From a virus, in the IMG/VR virus record IMGVR_UViG_3300025769_000006: a stretch of 64,000 nt of DNA. One strand, given 5' to 3'. Below are positions 39,088 through 47,440 of the stretch, piece after piece. The notes beneath the pieces are model-generated. The model did no database searches, was not told where the DNA came from, and saw only the letters and a program-made list of their open reading frames with translations. Both the position numbers and the translations under genes were made by a program. Positions within the stretch are counted from its first letter, which is position 1. The number at the start of each line of letters is the position of its first letter.

Positions 39088-39112
39088 TTTGTTTATGTTT
39101 TGTTTTGTATTG

Positions 39113-39457
39113 TTATTGTTTGAGTTTTTCTACTGCGTTTTTTGCAATACCAAATAACCCACCAGTTGCAGCGTCTGCAAGTTTAAATTTATTTTTATTT
39201 ACAAATTTTTTAGCAGTGCTAGCAAAATCGCTTACTTTTTCTCCAAAAGTTTTTGGTATTGTATTATCATATTTCCAGTCTAATTTGTCGTAAACATCTC
39301 TTCTACCTTTACTTCCTGGAGGATTGTTTGTTAACATTTGACTTTTAATAGCGTCTACACCTCTTTTTTGTAGATCGCTTGATGATACTTGTATTGAAGA
39401 CCCATCGTCTTGCAATATATTTTTTTTGTCGTGATTATTTTTAATTGGTGATGGCAT
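39113..39457 (-). CDS. Small basic protein starting MPSPIK (internal-Met version of 39113..39556)
   Basis: Starting at MPSPIKNNHDKK removes the overlap with the upstream gene and matches the N-termini of its neighbours. Confidence 0.5.
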   Translation of the reverse strand: MPSPIKNNHDKKNILQDDGSSIQVSSSDLQKRGVDAIKSQMLTNNPPGSKGRRDVYDKLDWKYDNTIPKTFGEKVSDFASTAKKFVNKNKFKLADAATGGLFGIAKNAVEKLKQ

Positions 39458-39467
39458 AATTTTTATT

Positions 39468-39773
39468 TTAACATTTCCAGCGTCTACGCGCTGCTTTACC
39501 TCTTTCGCCCGTCCAACCTTTGGATCTAGCGCAGAATGATTTTCTTCTTTTAGCATCTTTGCTGCCAGGTTTTACTTTACCTGTCACAGCTGTTTTAAGT
39601 TTACTACCAGGGTTTTTCTTTCTATATTCTTTAACGCCTTTTTCTGTCATACCAGCGCCTTCTTTAGTAGTTCTAAAATTTCTACCTTTACCCTTAGTAG
39701 TTTTTCTTGGCTCGTTTTTATGTAACGGTGATTCTATTGATGATGATTCTTTTATTCTTTTTAACCAAGTCAT
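39468..39773 (-). CDS. Small very basic protein with SPLHK and KRRKSFCAR motifs (internal-Met version of 39468..39839)
   Basis: Starting at MTWLKR places the ATG 1 nt after the upstream stop. The C-terminus is DAKRRKSFCARSKGW...RRRWKC. Confidence 0.5.
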   Translation of the reverse strand: MTWLKRIKESSSIESPLHKNEPRKTTKGKGRNFRTTKEGAGMTEKGVKEYRKKNPGSKLKTAVTGKVKPGSKDAKRRKSFCARSKGWTGERGKAARRRWKC

Positions 39774-39774
39774 A

Positions 39775-40146
39775 TTATTCTCCGCATTTTTTTGATGGAT
39801 CATCAACTCTTCTCCAGTCTTCTTTTTCAAACCAGTCACGTAATGTAGCTCCTTTTTTACGAGCGCCTTTTACATTAGTCTTTGATGATCTTTTATATTT
39901 ACCTTTAGCACCAGCGGCTTTTTTAGAGTTAACTAGCTTTTGTCTTTGCTCTTTACTCATGCTTCTTATTTTAGAAGCTGGTAAACAAGTTTTAGTTGTA
40001 CCGCCACCTTTTTGTTTTTTCTTTTTAACTGGCGAGTTTTTTTTACAACTGCCTTTACTATACGGATCTTTACCTTCTACTGCAGAATAACCAGACCAAC
40101 ATCTTTTTAAGACAGGTGAATTAAAAGGTTGCTTATATCCTTGCAT
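39775..40146 (-). CDS. Small very basic protein with SPVLKRCWSGY and SPVKKKK motifs
   Basis: 123 aa, Lys-rich. Its start overlaps the upstream stop as TAATG. Confidence 0.55.
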   Translation of the reverse strand: MQGYKQPFNSPVLKRCWSGYSAVEGKDPYSKGSCKKNSPVKKKKQKGGGTTKTCLPASKIRSMSKEQRQKLVNSKKAAGAKGKYKRSSKTNVKGARKKGATLRDWFEKEDWRRVDDPSKKCGE

Positions 40147-40301
40147 TATTTTTTCTTTTTACCACCAAATTTACTAGGACCTCCAGCTTTTGTGCAACGC
40201 ACTCCCCAGCCAGAAGCATAAGCGCTTGGCCATACTTTAAATTTTCTTTTAGCAGCAGATTTACAAGCTGAACTTATTTTCTTTATTGGTGAAATTGGCA
40301 T
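40146..40301 (-). CDS. Small basic protein (51 aa) starting MPISPIKK
   Basis: Hand translation gives MPISPIKKISSACKSAAKRKFKVWPSAYASGWGVRCTKAGGPSKFGGKKKK. TAATG overlaps at both ends. Below the ORF-track cutoff. Confidence 0.5.
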   Translation of the reverse strand: MPISPIKKISSACKSAAKRKFKVWPSAYASGWGVRCTKAGGPSKFGGKKKK

Positions 40302-40507
40302 TATCCTAGTTTTGCTCTTTTAGTAATTGGCATACCAGCTCCACACTCACATGGTGCTTTTGAAACTTCAAGTCCATATATACCACTGCTTGATCCTTTA
40401 CCCATTGGGAAACCTGTTTTGTCTAGAGGTCCGTCCCATATAGCGTTTTCACCAATTTGGCCGTCTAATTTTGGGTTACTTTTTATTTTTTCAATATCGT
40501 GATTCAT
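40301..40507 (-). CDS. Hypothetical small protein
   Basis: 68-aa ORF, Gly-rich. Confidence 0.45.
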   Translation of the reverse strand: MNHDIEKIKSNPKLDGQIGENAIWDGPLDKTGFPMGKGSSSGIYGLEVSKAPCECGAGMPITKRAKLG

Positions 40508-40512
40508 AATTT

Positions 40513-41613
40513 TTAGTTTTTACCTTTAAATATATTAATAGATCTTAAGAAATTACCAACACCAGTACCTTGACCTGTTTGTCTGTCTTGCCAGTTATCT
40601 CTTCTTCTTGTTATTCTAGCTGCCTTGTTTAGTTGCCCTTTGTCTTTAGCATCTTTAATTCTACTTTCGAAAGTTTGTTTATCTCTTTTAAAAGTTCCCC
40701 AAAAAGGGTCTTTGTATGGGTTTGTTACTTTAATATCTAAATTTTTATCTAAAAAAGAATAACCGCTATTATTATTGTCATTTCCACCTGTGTTTATATT
40801 TACATTTGTTCCAGGAGATGTTGATGAAGTTCCTTTAGGGTTAGAATAACTACCACTAGTATTGCCACCAGTGTTTCTTGTTGGTAAACCCGGTAAAGAT
40901 AAACTTGATCCAGTCTTACCAGTATCTCTCATATAATTAGTTTTACCACTCATATCTGATTCACCAAGAGACATAGTGTTTTTTAATTGATCAACTGCAC
41001 TATAAACTTTAGATGGATCAATATTAGTTTTTAGAGCTACTGGGCTAGGTCTATTCACAGATGCCGTTCGCTCTGCTAGATCACCATAAATATTACTAGC
41101 AGCATTTATAGCTCCCATTGAAAAAGTATTACCTTGAGGTTGTTGTGCCATAGCATTATTAGCCATTCCAAATTGGGGATTGTTGTTTGTGTTATTTGTA
41201 TTCATAGTTTCATTTGAAATTACTGGTTGACCTGCTGTTCCGTATGTTTGTAATTGTTGTTGTTGGTCTTGATATCTTTTTTTATTTTGAAATTTTAAAT
41301 AATCCATACCTTGTTTGTCTCTGTCAGAAACATATCTATCATCATATCTTAAATTATCAGGCAATTGCCAACTTTCATAAGCACCAACAATATTATCACC
41401 CATGCCATTAGCCCAAACTTGTTTTTCAACAGGTTTTTCCATATCGCCAGTTCCTTTACCTATGGCTTTTAAATAAGATTCTTTTTGCCACCATGGAGTA
41501 CCATCATTGAAACCACCTGGCTCAAAAGAAGCTTTTGTTCTAGCCTCGTTTGTGTCAACGTAGTTTTGTAGGTTCTCATTTCTGGAGTAAAGTCTGTTAG
41601 ATTTAAAACTCAT
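40513..41613 (-). CDS. N/Q/G/S/T-rich low-complexity protein (internal-Met version of 40513..41640)
   Basis: Starting at MSFKSNRLY lies 1 nt after the upstream stop. It has long polar low-complexity tracts. Confidence 0.5.
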   Translation of the reverse strand: MSFKSNRLYSRNENLQNYVDTNEARTKASFEPGGFNDGTPWWQKESYLKAIGKGTGDMEKPVEKQVWANGMGDNIVGAYESWQLPDNLRYDDRYVSDRDKQGMDYLKFQNKKRYQDQQQQLQTYGTAGQPVISNETMNTNNTNNNPQFGMANNAMAQQPQGNTFSMGAINAASNIYGDLAERTASVNRPSPVALKTNIDPSKVYSAVDQLKNTMSLGESDMSGKTNYMRDTGKTGSSLSLPGLPTRNTGGNTSGSYSNPKGTSSTSPGTNVNINTGGNDNNNSGYSFLDKNLDIKVTNPYKDPFWGTFKRDKQTFESRIKDAKDKGQLNKAARITRRRDNWQDRQTGQGTGVGNFLRSINIFKGKN

Positions 41614-41614
41614 T

Positions 41615-42061
41615 TTATCTATTTTTATCTTTATTAACATCGTATATAGACCTTGTTAAAACTTTATCTATATAACTGTTACCTTTTATGATGTTGTTTC
41701 TTCTTTTGCTAGTAGGTATATCTTCTTCCCCTAACATTATTTTATATATCCTAATTATAAGTTGTTTAAATTTAAAAGAAACTTTATATATATTATATTT
41801 TTGTGTTGTTCTGTTTCTATGCCTCCAAACAACTATCCAGTTTTCTTTTATTAATTTATTCCACCTTCTGTTGTTCCAACTGTAAGAATATGTACCTTTT
41901 ATAAAATCTTTTTTTGTAAAATAATTTACGGCGTCTAGATATATTAAAAGTTCTAATTCAGCGTCAGTTAAGCCGTTGTTTTTGCAAGCCCATTTGCGTA
42001 TTATACGGTAATGTTTTAACAGATTCAATTCTTTAATATCTTCTGCGTCTAGCTTTCTCAT
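41615..42061 (-). CDS. Hypothetical basic protein (possible DNA-binding)
   Basis: 148-aa ORF, W/R/K-rich, directly downstream of groES. Confidence 0.45.
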   Translation of the reverse strand: MRKLDAEDIKELNLLKHYRIIRKWACKNNGLTDAELELLIYLDAVNYFTKKDFIKGTYSYSWNNRRWNKLIKENWIVVWRHRNRTTQKYNIYKVSFKFKQLIIRIYKIMLGEEDIPTSKRRNNIIKGNSYIDKVLTRSIYDVNKDKNR

Positions 42062-42318
42062 ACAACAACGACCACGTCTTGTGACTTTATAACGTGATAT
42101 ATATTTTTTTCAAACTCTATTTTATGACCAGCGTGTCTATCAAAAAATATTTCATCATTTTCTTTAACACCATCAACTTCATTTCCAACTGATATTACTA
42201 GTGCTCTTCTGTATCTTAAATCATTTTTTTGATTTTCAGAAAGAAGTAAACCACCTTTTGTTTCTGTAGTTCCTTCTTTTTTGACTAATATTATTAAGTT
42301 TCTACCTATTGCTTTCAT
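42058..42318 (-). CDS. groES: Co-chaperonin GroES/Hsp10 homologue
   Basis: RNLIILVKKEGTTETKGGLLL (mobile-loop region), RRALVISVGNEV and VKENDEIFFDRHAGHKI align with the GroES pattern. 86 aa. Confidence 0.8.
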   Translation of the reverse strand: MKAIGRNLIILVKKEGTTETKGGLLLSENQKNDLRYRRALVISVGNEVDGVKENDEIFFDRHAGHKIEFEKNIYHVIKSQDVVVVV

Positions 42319-43858
42319 TTATTCTAACGTTATTTATTACACAATTAGTAGAAAGTATAGTAGTTGCTACAGAAGCCGCATTTTTTAATGCACTTTTAGT
42401 AACTAATAGTGGATCTATAATTCCACTTTTAATCATATTAACCATTTTTCCTGTAACCACGTCGTAACCTTGACCCTTTTTATAAGGATAATCTAAGTTA
42501 TCAACACCTGCATTAGAAAGAATAGTTCTATAAGGTGCGGTTATAGCACTTAACAACAGTCGTTCGCCTAATGAATAAGCTTTAACTTTTTGAGAAGCGT
42601 TTAGAAGCGCAATACCACCACCTGGAACAATACCTTCTTTAACAGCGGCTTTTGTAGCACAGATAGCGTCTTCCACTCTATCCATTTTTTCTTTAAGTTC
42701 TATTTCAGAATTAGCTCCAACTTTTACTACAGATATCCTAGATGAAAGCATTGCTAATCTTTTTTCTAAACTTATTACTTGATCAGGTATTTTACAAGTT
42801 ATAAGCTTTTTTTCTATATCTTTGATTATCTCAGCACATTCATGGCTTTGCTCTTTAAACTGTAATATAGTATCTGTTTGGCTGGTTATAGACTTAAAAC
42901 ATGTACCTAGATGATCTATTTCTATTAAATCCATATCATCACCTAAATCTTCGTTTATTAACGTCGCTCCTGTTAGCAAAGAAAGATCATCAAACATTTG
43001 TTTTCTATTTACACCTAACACAGGTGCATCTATAACATTAACTTTTATATTTCCTTTTGTTTTATTCATTGCTAATGCTGATAAAACCTCAGGACTTAAA
43101 TCTGCTATTATTAAAAGTGATTTATTGTTTTTTATAACATATTCTAAAACACTTTGTATCTGTCTTATGTTTTCAACATTATTTTCTACTAATAAAACAA
43201 GAGGGTTGTTTAACTCTGCAGTCTTTTTAATTTTATTAGTAACAAAATGAGGACTTGTTAGACCTTTAAAATATTGAGAACCTTCTATTGTTTCTATTTC
43301 TGTTTTACCAGAATCAGATTGTTCCATTATAACTACACCTGTATTTTTTACATTTTCAAATGCTTTACCTATTAACTCTCCTAACTCTTTATCATTGTTT
43401 GTTGATATAGTAGCTATTTGTTTTATCATTTCATCTTTAACAGGTAAAGATATTTTATTTAAATAATCAACAACTCTATTAACAGATTTATTTATATCTT
43501 CTTTTAGCTCTCTTACACTAAGTTCTGATTTAACTTTATTTGCTTCATAAAGTATTGAGTGAGCTAAAACAGTAGCTGTGGTAGTGCCATCACCCGCTTC
43601 TTTAACAGTTTTTTTTGCGGCTTGTTTTAACAAGTTGCAACCTAAATTTTCTACCGGATCTATTAACACTACGCTTTCAGCAACTGTTACACCATCTTTT
43701 GTTATTGTTGGATTTCCATATTGATCTTCTAGCAAAACACAGCTACCACCAGCGCCGAGCGTTGAACTAACCGCGTTTGCTAACTTGTCAATACCATTAA
43801 AAACTTTATTCCTAGCATCGTCTCCAAAACTAAGATTTTTAACTATCTTGTCTGACAT
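42302..43858 (-). CDS. groEL: Chaperonin GroEL/Hsp60 homologue
   Basis: FGDDARNKVFNGIDKLANAVSSTLGAGG, ITKDGVTVAESV, AGDGTTTATVLAHSI and IVPGGGIALL. 518 aa, with no C-terminal GGM tail. Confidence 0.95.
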   Translation of the reverse strand: MSDKIVKNLSFGDDARNKVFNGIDKLANAVSSTLGAGGSCVLLEDQYGNPTITKDGVTVAESVVLIDPVENLGCNLLKQAAKKTVKEAGDGTTTATVLAHSILYEANKVKSELSVRELKEDINKSVNRVVDYLNKISLPVKDEMIKQIATISTNNDKELGELIGKAFENVKNTGVVIMEQSDSGKTEIETIEGSQYFKGLTSPHFVTNKIKKTAELNNPLVLLVENNVENIRQIQSVLEYVIKNNKSLLIIADLSPEVLSALAMNKTKGNIKVNVIDAPVLGVNRKQMFDDLSLLTGATLINEDLGDDMDLIEIDHLGTCFKSITSQTDTILQFKEQSHECAEIIKDIEKKLITCKIPDQVISLEKRLAMLSSRISVVKVGANSEIELKEKMDRVEDAICATKAAVKEGIVPGGGIALLNASQKVKAYSLGERLLLSAITAPYRTILSNAGVDNLDYPYKKGQGYDVVTGKMVNMIKSGIIDPLLVTKSALKNAASVATTILSTNCVINNVRINESNR

Positions 43859-43883
43859 TTTATTTAATTAAATTATATTTATT

Positions 43884-44204
43884 TTATTTAAAAGTTTTAA
43901 TTACTTTTGGTCCTTTTAAAAACTCTATTTTTTTTGAATAATGATCAACAGATCCATCTATAGCAGCTTCAGCTCCTTCTATAGTTTCTCTTCTAGTTAC
44001 ATCATGCCACTTTTCACAGCAAGTGTCTTTTTCTGGATTACAATCACATTCAACATCTTTGTATTCTGTTTGATAAAATCCATTTGGTAGTTGAACAATT
44101 CTCCAGTTTTTCTTTTTAGCTAAATGCTTCCAAAGTTTTATTTGGTTTTCGGATGCTTGTGGTTGACTACTCCACGTATTAGTCTTGTAATAAAAATACG
44201 TCAT
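43884..44204 (-). CDS. Hypothetical Cys-containing protein
   Basis: 106-aa ORF containing CDCNPEKDTCCEKWH. Confidence 0.45.
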   Translation of the reverse strand: MTYFYYKTNTWSSQPQASENQIKLWKHLAKKKNWRIVQLPNGFYQTEYKDVECDCNPEKDTCCEKWHDVTRRETIEGAEAAIDGSVDHYSKKIEFLKGPKVIKTFK

Positions 44205-44286
44205 TGGTATTGGTTTTAATTATTATTTGGTTGTTACTCTTTCCCGAGTAGGGTATATCTATATTATTACTTGTTTTTAGTAATTT

Positions 44287-44811
44287 TTACTTATCTGGGT
44301 TGAATCTATATGTTGCGTCTCCTATTGCTATTTCTAGTTGATTGGTTTTCCCGTTAAATGTTATAGACTTTATGTTATCTAAATGACTGTTTCCATTAGT
44401 ACCGTTTTTTCCGTCAGCTCCTGCTGGCCCTTGTGGCCCTGTGGCACCTGTTGCACCTGTTGCACCTGTTGCACCAGTATCTCCTTTTGGTCCTTGAGGT
44501 CCAGTGCTACCCGTATCTCCTTTTTCACCTTTAGAAGCAGCGCTTGAAGAGTCTTTACCAAAAGCGTCTTTTACAAACGCATGCAACTCTTCTAGATCTT
44601 GCCTCATGTTTTCTATTTCTTTTAAAAGATATATTGATTTAGAATAATTATCGTGATCATTTAAAAGTTCTGTTATATCTGACACTGCTGATATTTCTGA
44701 GGCTACTTCAGATGGAACAACAATTTCTCCATTAGAATCTTTATAAGCTCTAGCAGTATCTCCGCTTTTATAAAGTTTTTTAGTTCTTATATTATCGTTT
44801 ATATTAGCCAT
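44287..44811 (-). CDS. Collagen-like (Gly-X-Y) tail fibre protein (internal-Met version of 44287..44832)
   Basis: [46 protein letters not shown]. Starting at MANINDN lies 1 nt after the upstream stop. Confidence 0.75.
   Translation of the reverse strand: MANINDNIRTKKLYKSGDTARAYKDSNGEIVVPSEVASEISAVSDITELLNDHDNYSKSIYLLKEIENMRQDLEELHAFVKDAFGKDSSSAASKGEKGDTGSTGPQGPKGDTGATGATGATGATGPQGPAGADGKNGTNGNSHLDNIKSITFNGKTNQLEIAIGDATYRFNPDK
44443..44476. repeat. Tandem 9-bp repeat inside the collagen-like gene
   Basis: GCACCTGTT repeated about 3.7 times, encoding (GAT)n on the minus strand. Confidence 0.8.
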
Positions 44812-44812
44812 A

Positions 44813-47419
44813 TTACGTAATATTATATTCAATTATTATAGTTATAGCAATACCGCCCATTGTTTTACTCGCGGTACCGAAAGCATCTGTTGTTTGATAC
44901 AAAATACCTATTAAATCTCCGGCGCTAAAAGTGAAATCACTATTACCAAAATCACGATATGCAGTCATACTAGTTGTCGCGGAATTAGCCACAGTAGCAG
45001 CATATACTGTTCCAGACAAAGTACCATTTATTTCTTTCTTAAAATTAACACCTGTTGCAGTTGGAGTACTACCTCCAGAGTGTCTTAAATACACTTTTTT
45101 AATTCTGCCATCGTAAGCAGCAGTCATTCTATTATAATATTCAGCAGTAGCCGCTGTACTTGTTGAATTATATGGAATGTAATAATAATTAGTAGATTCT
45201 AATTTTTCAACAGCTATAGTAGCAACAGTTTGTTTAAGATAACCTTTATAGGCATCTGTAGTTGCTGATGCTTTTATACTTCCATTAACTTCTAGCTTTT
45301 CGCTTGGAGATTGATCACCTATACCTACATTACCACTTGTTGCTATAGACATTACGGTTCCAACGCCCACAATAAAGTTTAATTGCTTTGTTGCATTAGT
45401 CAAGCCCTTAGACTGTATTACATTAGCAGTGTTACCAGCTAACAAGGATAAACTTCCTTGAGATCCACTGGTTGTTCTTTCTACCCAAACACCTGCGTTA
45501 CTACCACCAGCAACATGTAATTTATAGTTAGGCGTGTTTGTTCCAATACCAACAGTACCACTTTGTCTTACTATTAAAGCGTTTGATCTTGATGATGTGC
45601 TAGTTCCATTACCTACTGAAAACAAACAATCATAACCAAAATCATTAAATTTACCAACTGTAAATTGATTAGAAGATAAAGCTGAAGTAGCGTTTGTTGG
45701 TGTTACTGTTCCTTCTCCAAATGCAAACTGATTATCTCCATTACTAGCTGTTGCTCCAGAGCCATAAGCAATACCAAATTCACTAAAGTTTTGAGATTCT
45801 TTACCACCAGTAAAACTCCAATTAGCACCAGAAGCTTGATTGTTTTGGCCAACTAGCAAAGACCAATTAGCACTGCCTGGACAAGTGTTGTTTCCGCCTC
45901 CTACTACCATTCCTTCGTTGCTAGCTAAATCATTTGTAGCGCCGCCAACTAAATTAGCAGCTCCATTAACTGTATGCTCAAAACCTCCAACTAAGTTTTC
46001 AGTTCCAGCAATATCGTGTAATCTTCCAAACCCTGCGCTATGACCTCCAGTAATATCAACATCGGCGCCAAAAGCAAAAGCATTTGGAGCGCCAGCTAAA
46101 GTAGTAGGGCCGCCACCCGCAAAACTAGAAGCACCTGAAGCTGTAGTTTGATTTCCTATTGCAAAACTTTCTTCACCTGAAGCCGTTGTTTCAAATCCAA
46201 ATGCAGCTGATTCACCACCACTAGCTGTACTACCTCCACCAGAAGCAAATGAATTACCACCAGAAGCAGTTGTTAATGCGCCAATAGAAAAAGATGCTCC
46301 GCCGCTAGCTAAAGTGTCATAACCAAAAGCGGCTGAGATATCACCAGTGGCTTCAGTTAAATGACCTGCTGCAAAAGATCTTTGTCCAGAAGGTGTATTT
46401 CCATCATTAGCAGCAAAAGCATAATCATTAGTACCTATAGTGTGATTTTCTCCACAATAAAAACTTTTTGTAGATGTAGCTGTAGCAACTGTGGCACCTT
46501 TATTTACAATGCTAAAATATCTATTAGCATGGTCATAGTAAAGACCATTTTCTCCATATGTAACTGTATCATCTGTAAATATAATTCTAGAATATCCTCC
46601 ACCTGTACCGTCTGTAAAAATATTAATATCAGAAGCCGGCGGATTCCCAGAAAGTTCAGATGATGCTTTGCTTTGAACTCTTAGCACTTCAGAATCTGGA
46701 GCCGTAAAAGAAGCAGTTATACCTCCTTTCATTAGATGCAAAAGCTGTTTAGGGCTGGAGGTATTAATTCCAACCCTATTGTTTGGCTCATCTACATAAA
46801 CAGTATTTGAAGCTATTGTGTTTCCATCACCAATCCATATTCTACCGGTTGGCAGGTTAGGCACGTCGTTTGATCTCAATATTGCTGAAACAACAATGTT
46901 ACCATCTGATGACGTACTAACTCTACCTACTTGGCCTACGTTTTGTATTAAATTAGTAGATCCAGTTGGTTTAGTTAAAGTAAGTCCTCCACCTGGCTTT
47001 ACGTATATAGTATCGTTTTCTGTAGGTGTTGCACCGTCTATTGGTGAAGTTATTAAGTTTTTAAGTTTACCATTTACAGTTGCAGTACCTTCTCCGTTGT
47101 TGGCCAGGTCTTGAGTGAGTAAACCAACACAAGGCATTTTAGCTGAGTTGCTGGCATTAGCCAAAGCAACCTCTAGTCTATCACTAGCGCCAACGCTACC
47201 TACTATATATACTGGGTCACCTTTAGATAAAGCCGATCCGTGTACATTTTTAACAAGTATTTCAGTTCTTTCCGCCGAACCAGAGTTCAATGTTGATTGG
47301 TCTACAAAGCTAAGCTGCCCTGCCCCGTCTGTTGTTATTATCTGATTTGCGGTACCATCTGCGCTAGGCAGTGTGTACTCGTCATTAACCGTTACATTGT
47401 TTAAAAATCTTATTGACAT
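44813..47419 (-). CDS. Tail fibre/spike with YadA-head-like (Hep_Hag-type) repeats
   Basis: [82 protein letters not shown] is a degenerate repeat of about 14 aa of the S-x-A-x-G type. Confidence 0.7.
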   Translation of the reverse strand: MSIRFLNNVTVNDEYTLPSADGTANQIITTDGAGQLSFVDQSTLNSGSAERTEILVKNVHGSALSKGDPVYIVGSVGASDRLEVALANASNSAKMPCVGLLTQDLANNGEGTATVNGKLKNLITSPIDGATPTENDTIYVKPGGGLTLTKPTGSTNLIQNVGQVGRVSTSSDGNIVVSAILRSNDVPNLPTGRIWIGDGNTIASNTVYVDEPNNRVGINTSSPKQLLHLMKGGITASFTAPDSEVLRVQSKASSELSGNPPASDINIFTDGTGGGYSRIIFTDDTVTYGENGLYYDHANRYFSIVNKGATVATATSTKSFYCGENHTIGTNDYAFAANDGNTPSGQRSFAAGHLTEATGDISAAFGYDTLASGGASFSIGALTTASGGNSFASGGGSTASGGESAAFGFETTASGEESFAIGNQTTASGASSFAGGGPTTLAGAPNAFAFGADVDITGGHSAGFGRLHDIAGTENLVGGFEHTVNGAANLVGGATNDLASNEGMVVGGGNNTCPGSANWSLLVGQNNQASGANWSFTGGKESQNFSEFGIAYGSGATASNGDNQFAFGEGTVTPTNATSALSSNQFTVGKFNDFGYDCLFSVGNGTSTSSRSNALIVRQSGTVGIGTNTPNYKLHVAGGSNAGVWVERTTSGSQGSLSLLAGNTANVIQSKGLTNATKQLNFIVGVGTVMSIATSGNVGIGDQSPSEKLEVNGSIKASATTDAYKGYLKQTVATIAVEKLESTNYYYIPYNSTSTAATAEYYNRMTAAYDGRIKKVYLRHSGGSTPTATGVNFKKEINGTLSGTVYAATVANSATTSMTAYRDFGNSDFTFSAGDLIGILYQTTDAFGTASKTMGGIAITIIIEYNIT

Positions 47420-47440
47420 TTAATTTAATTTAATTTATTA

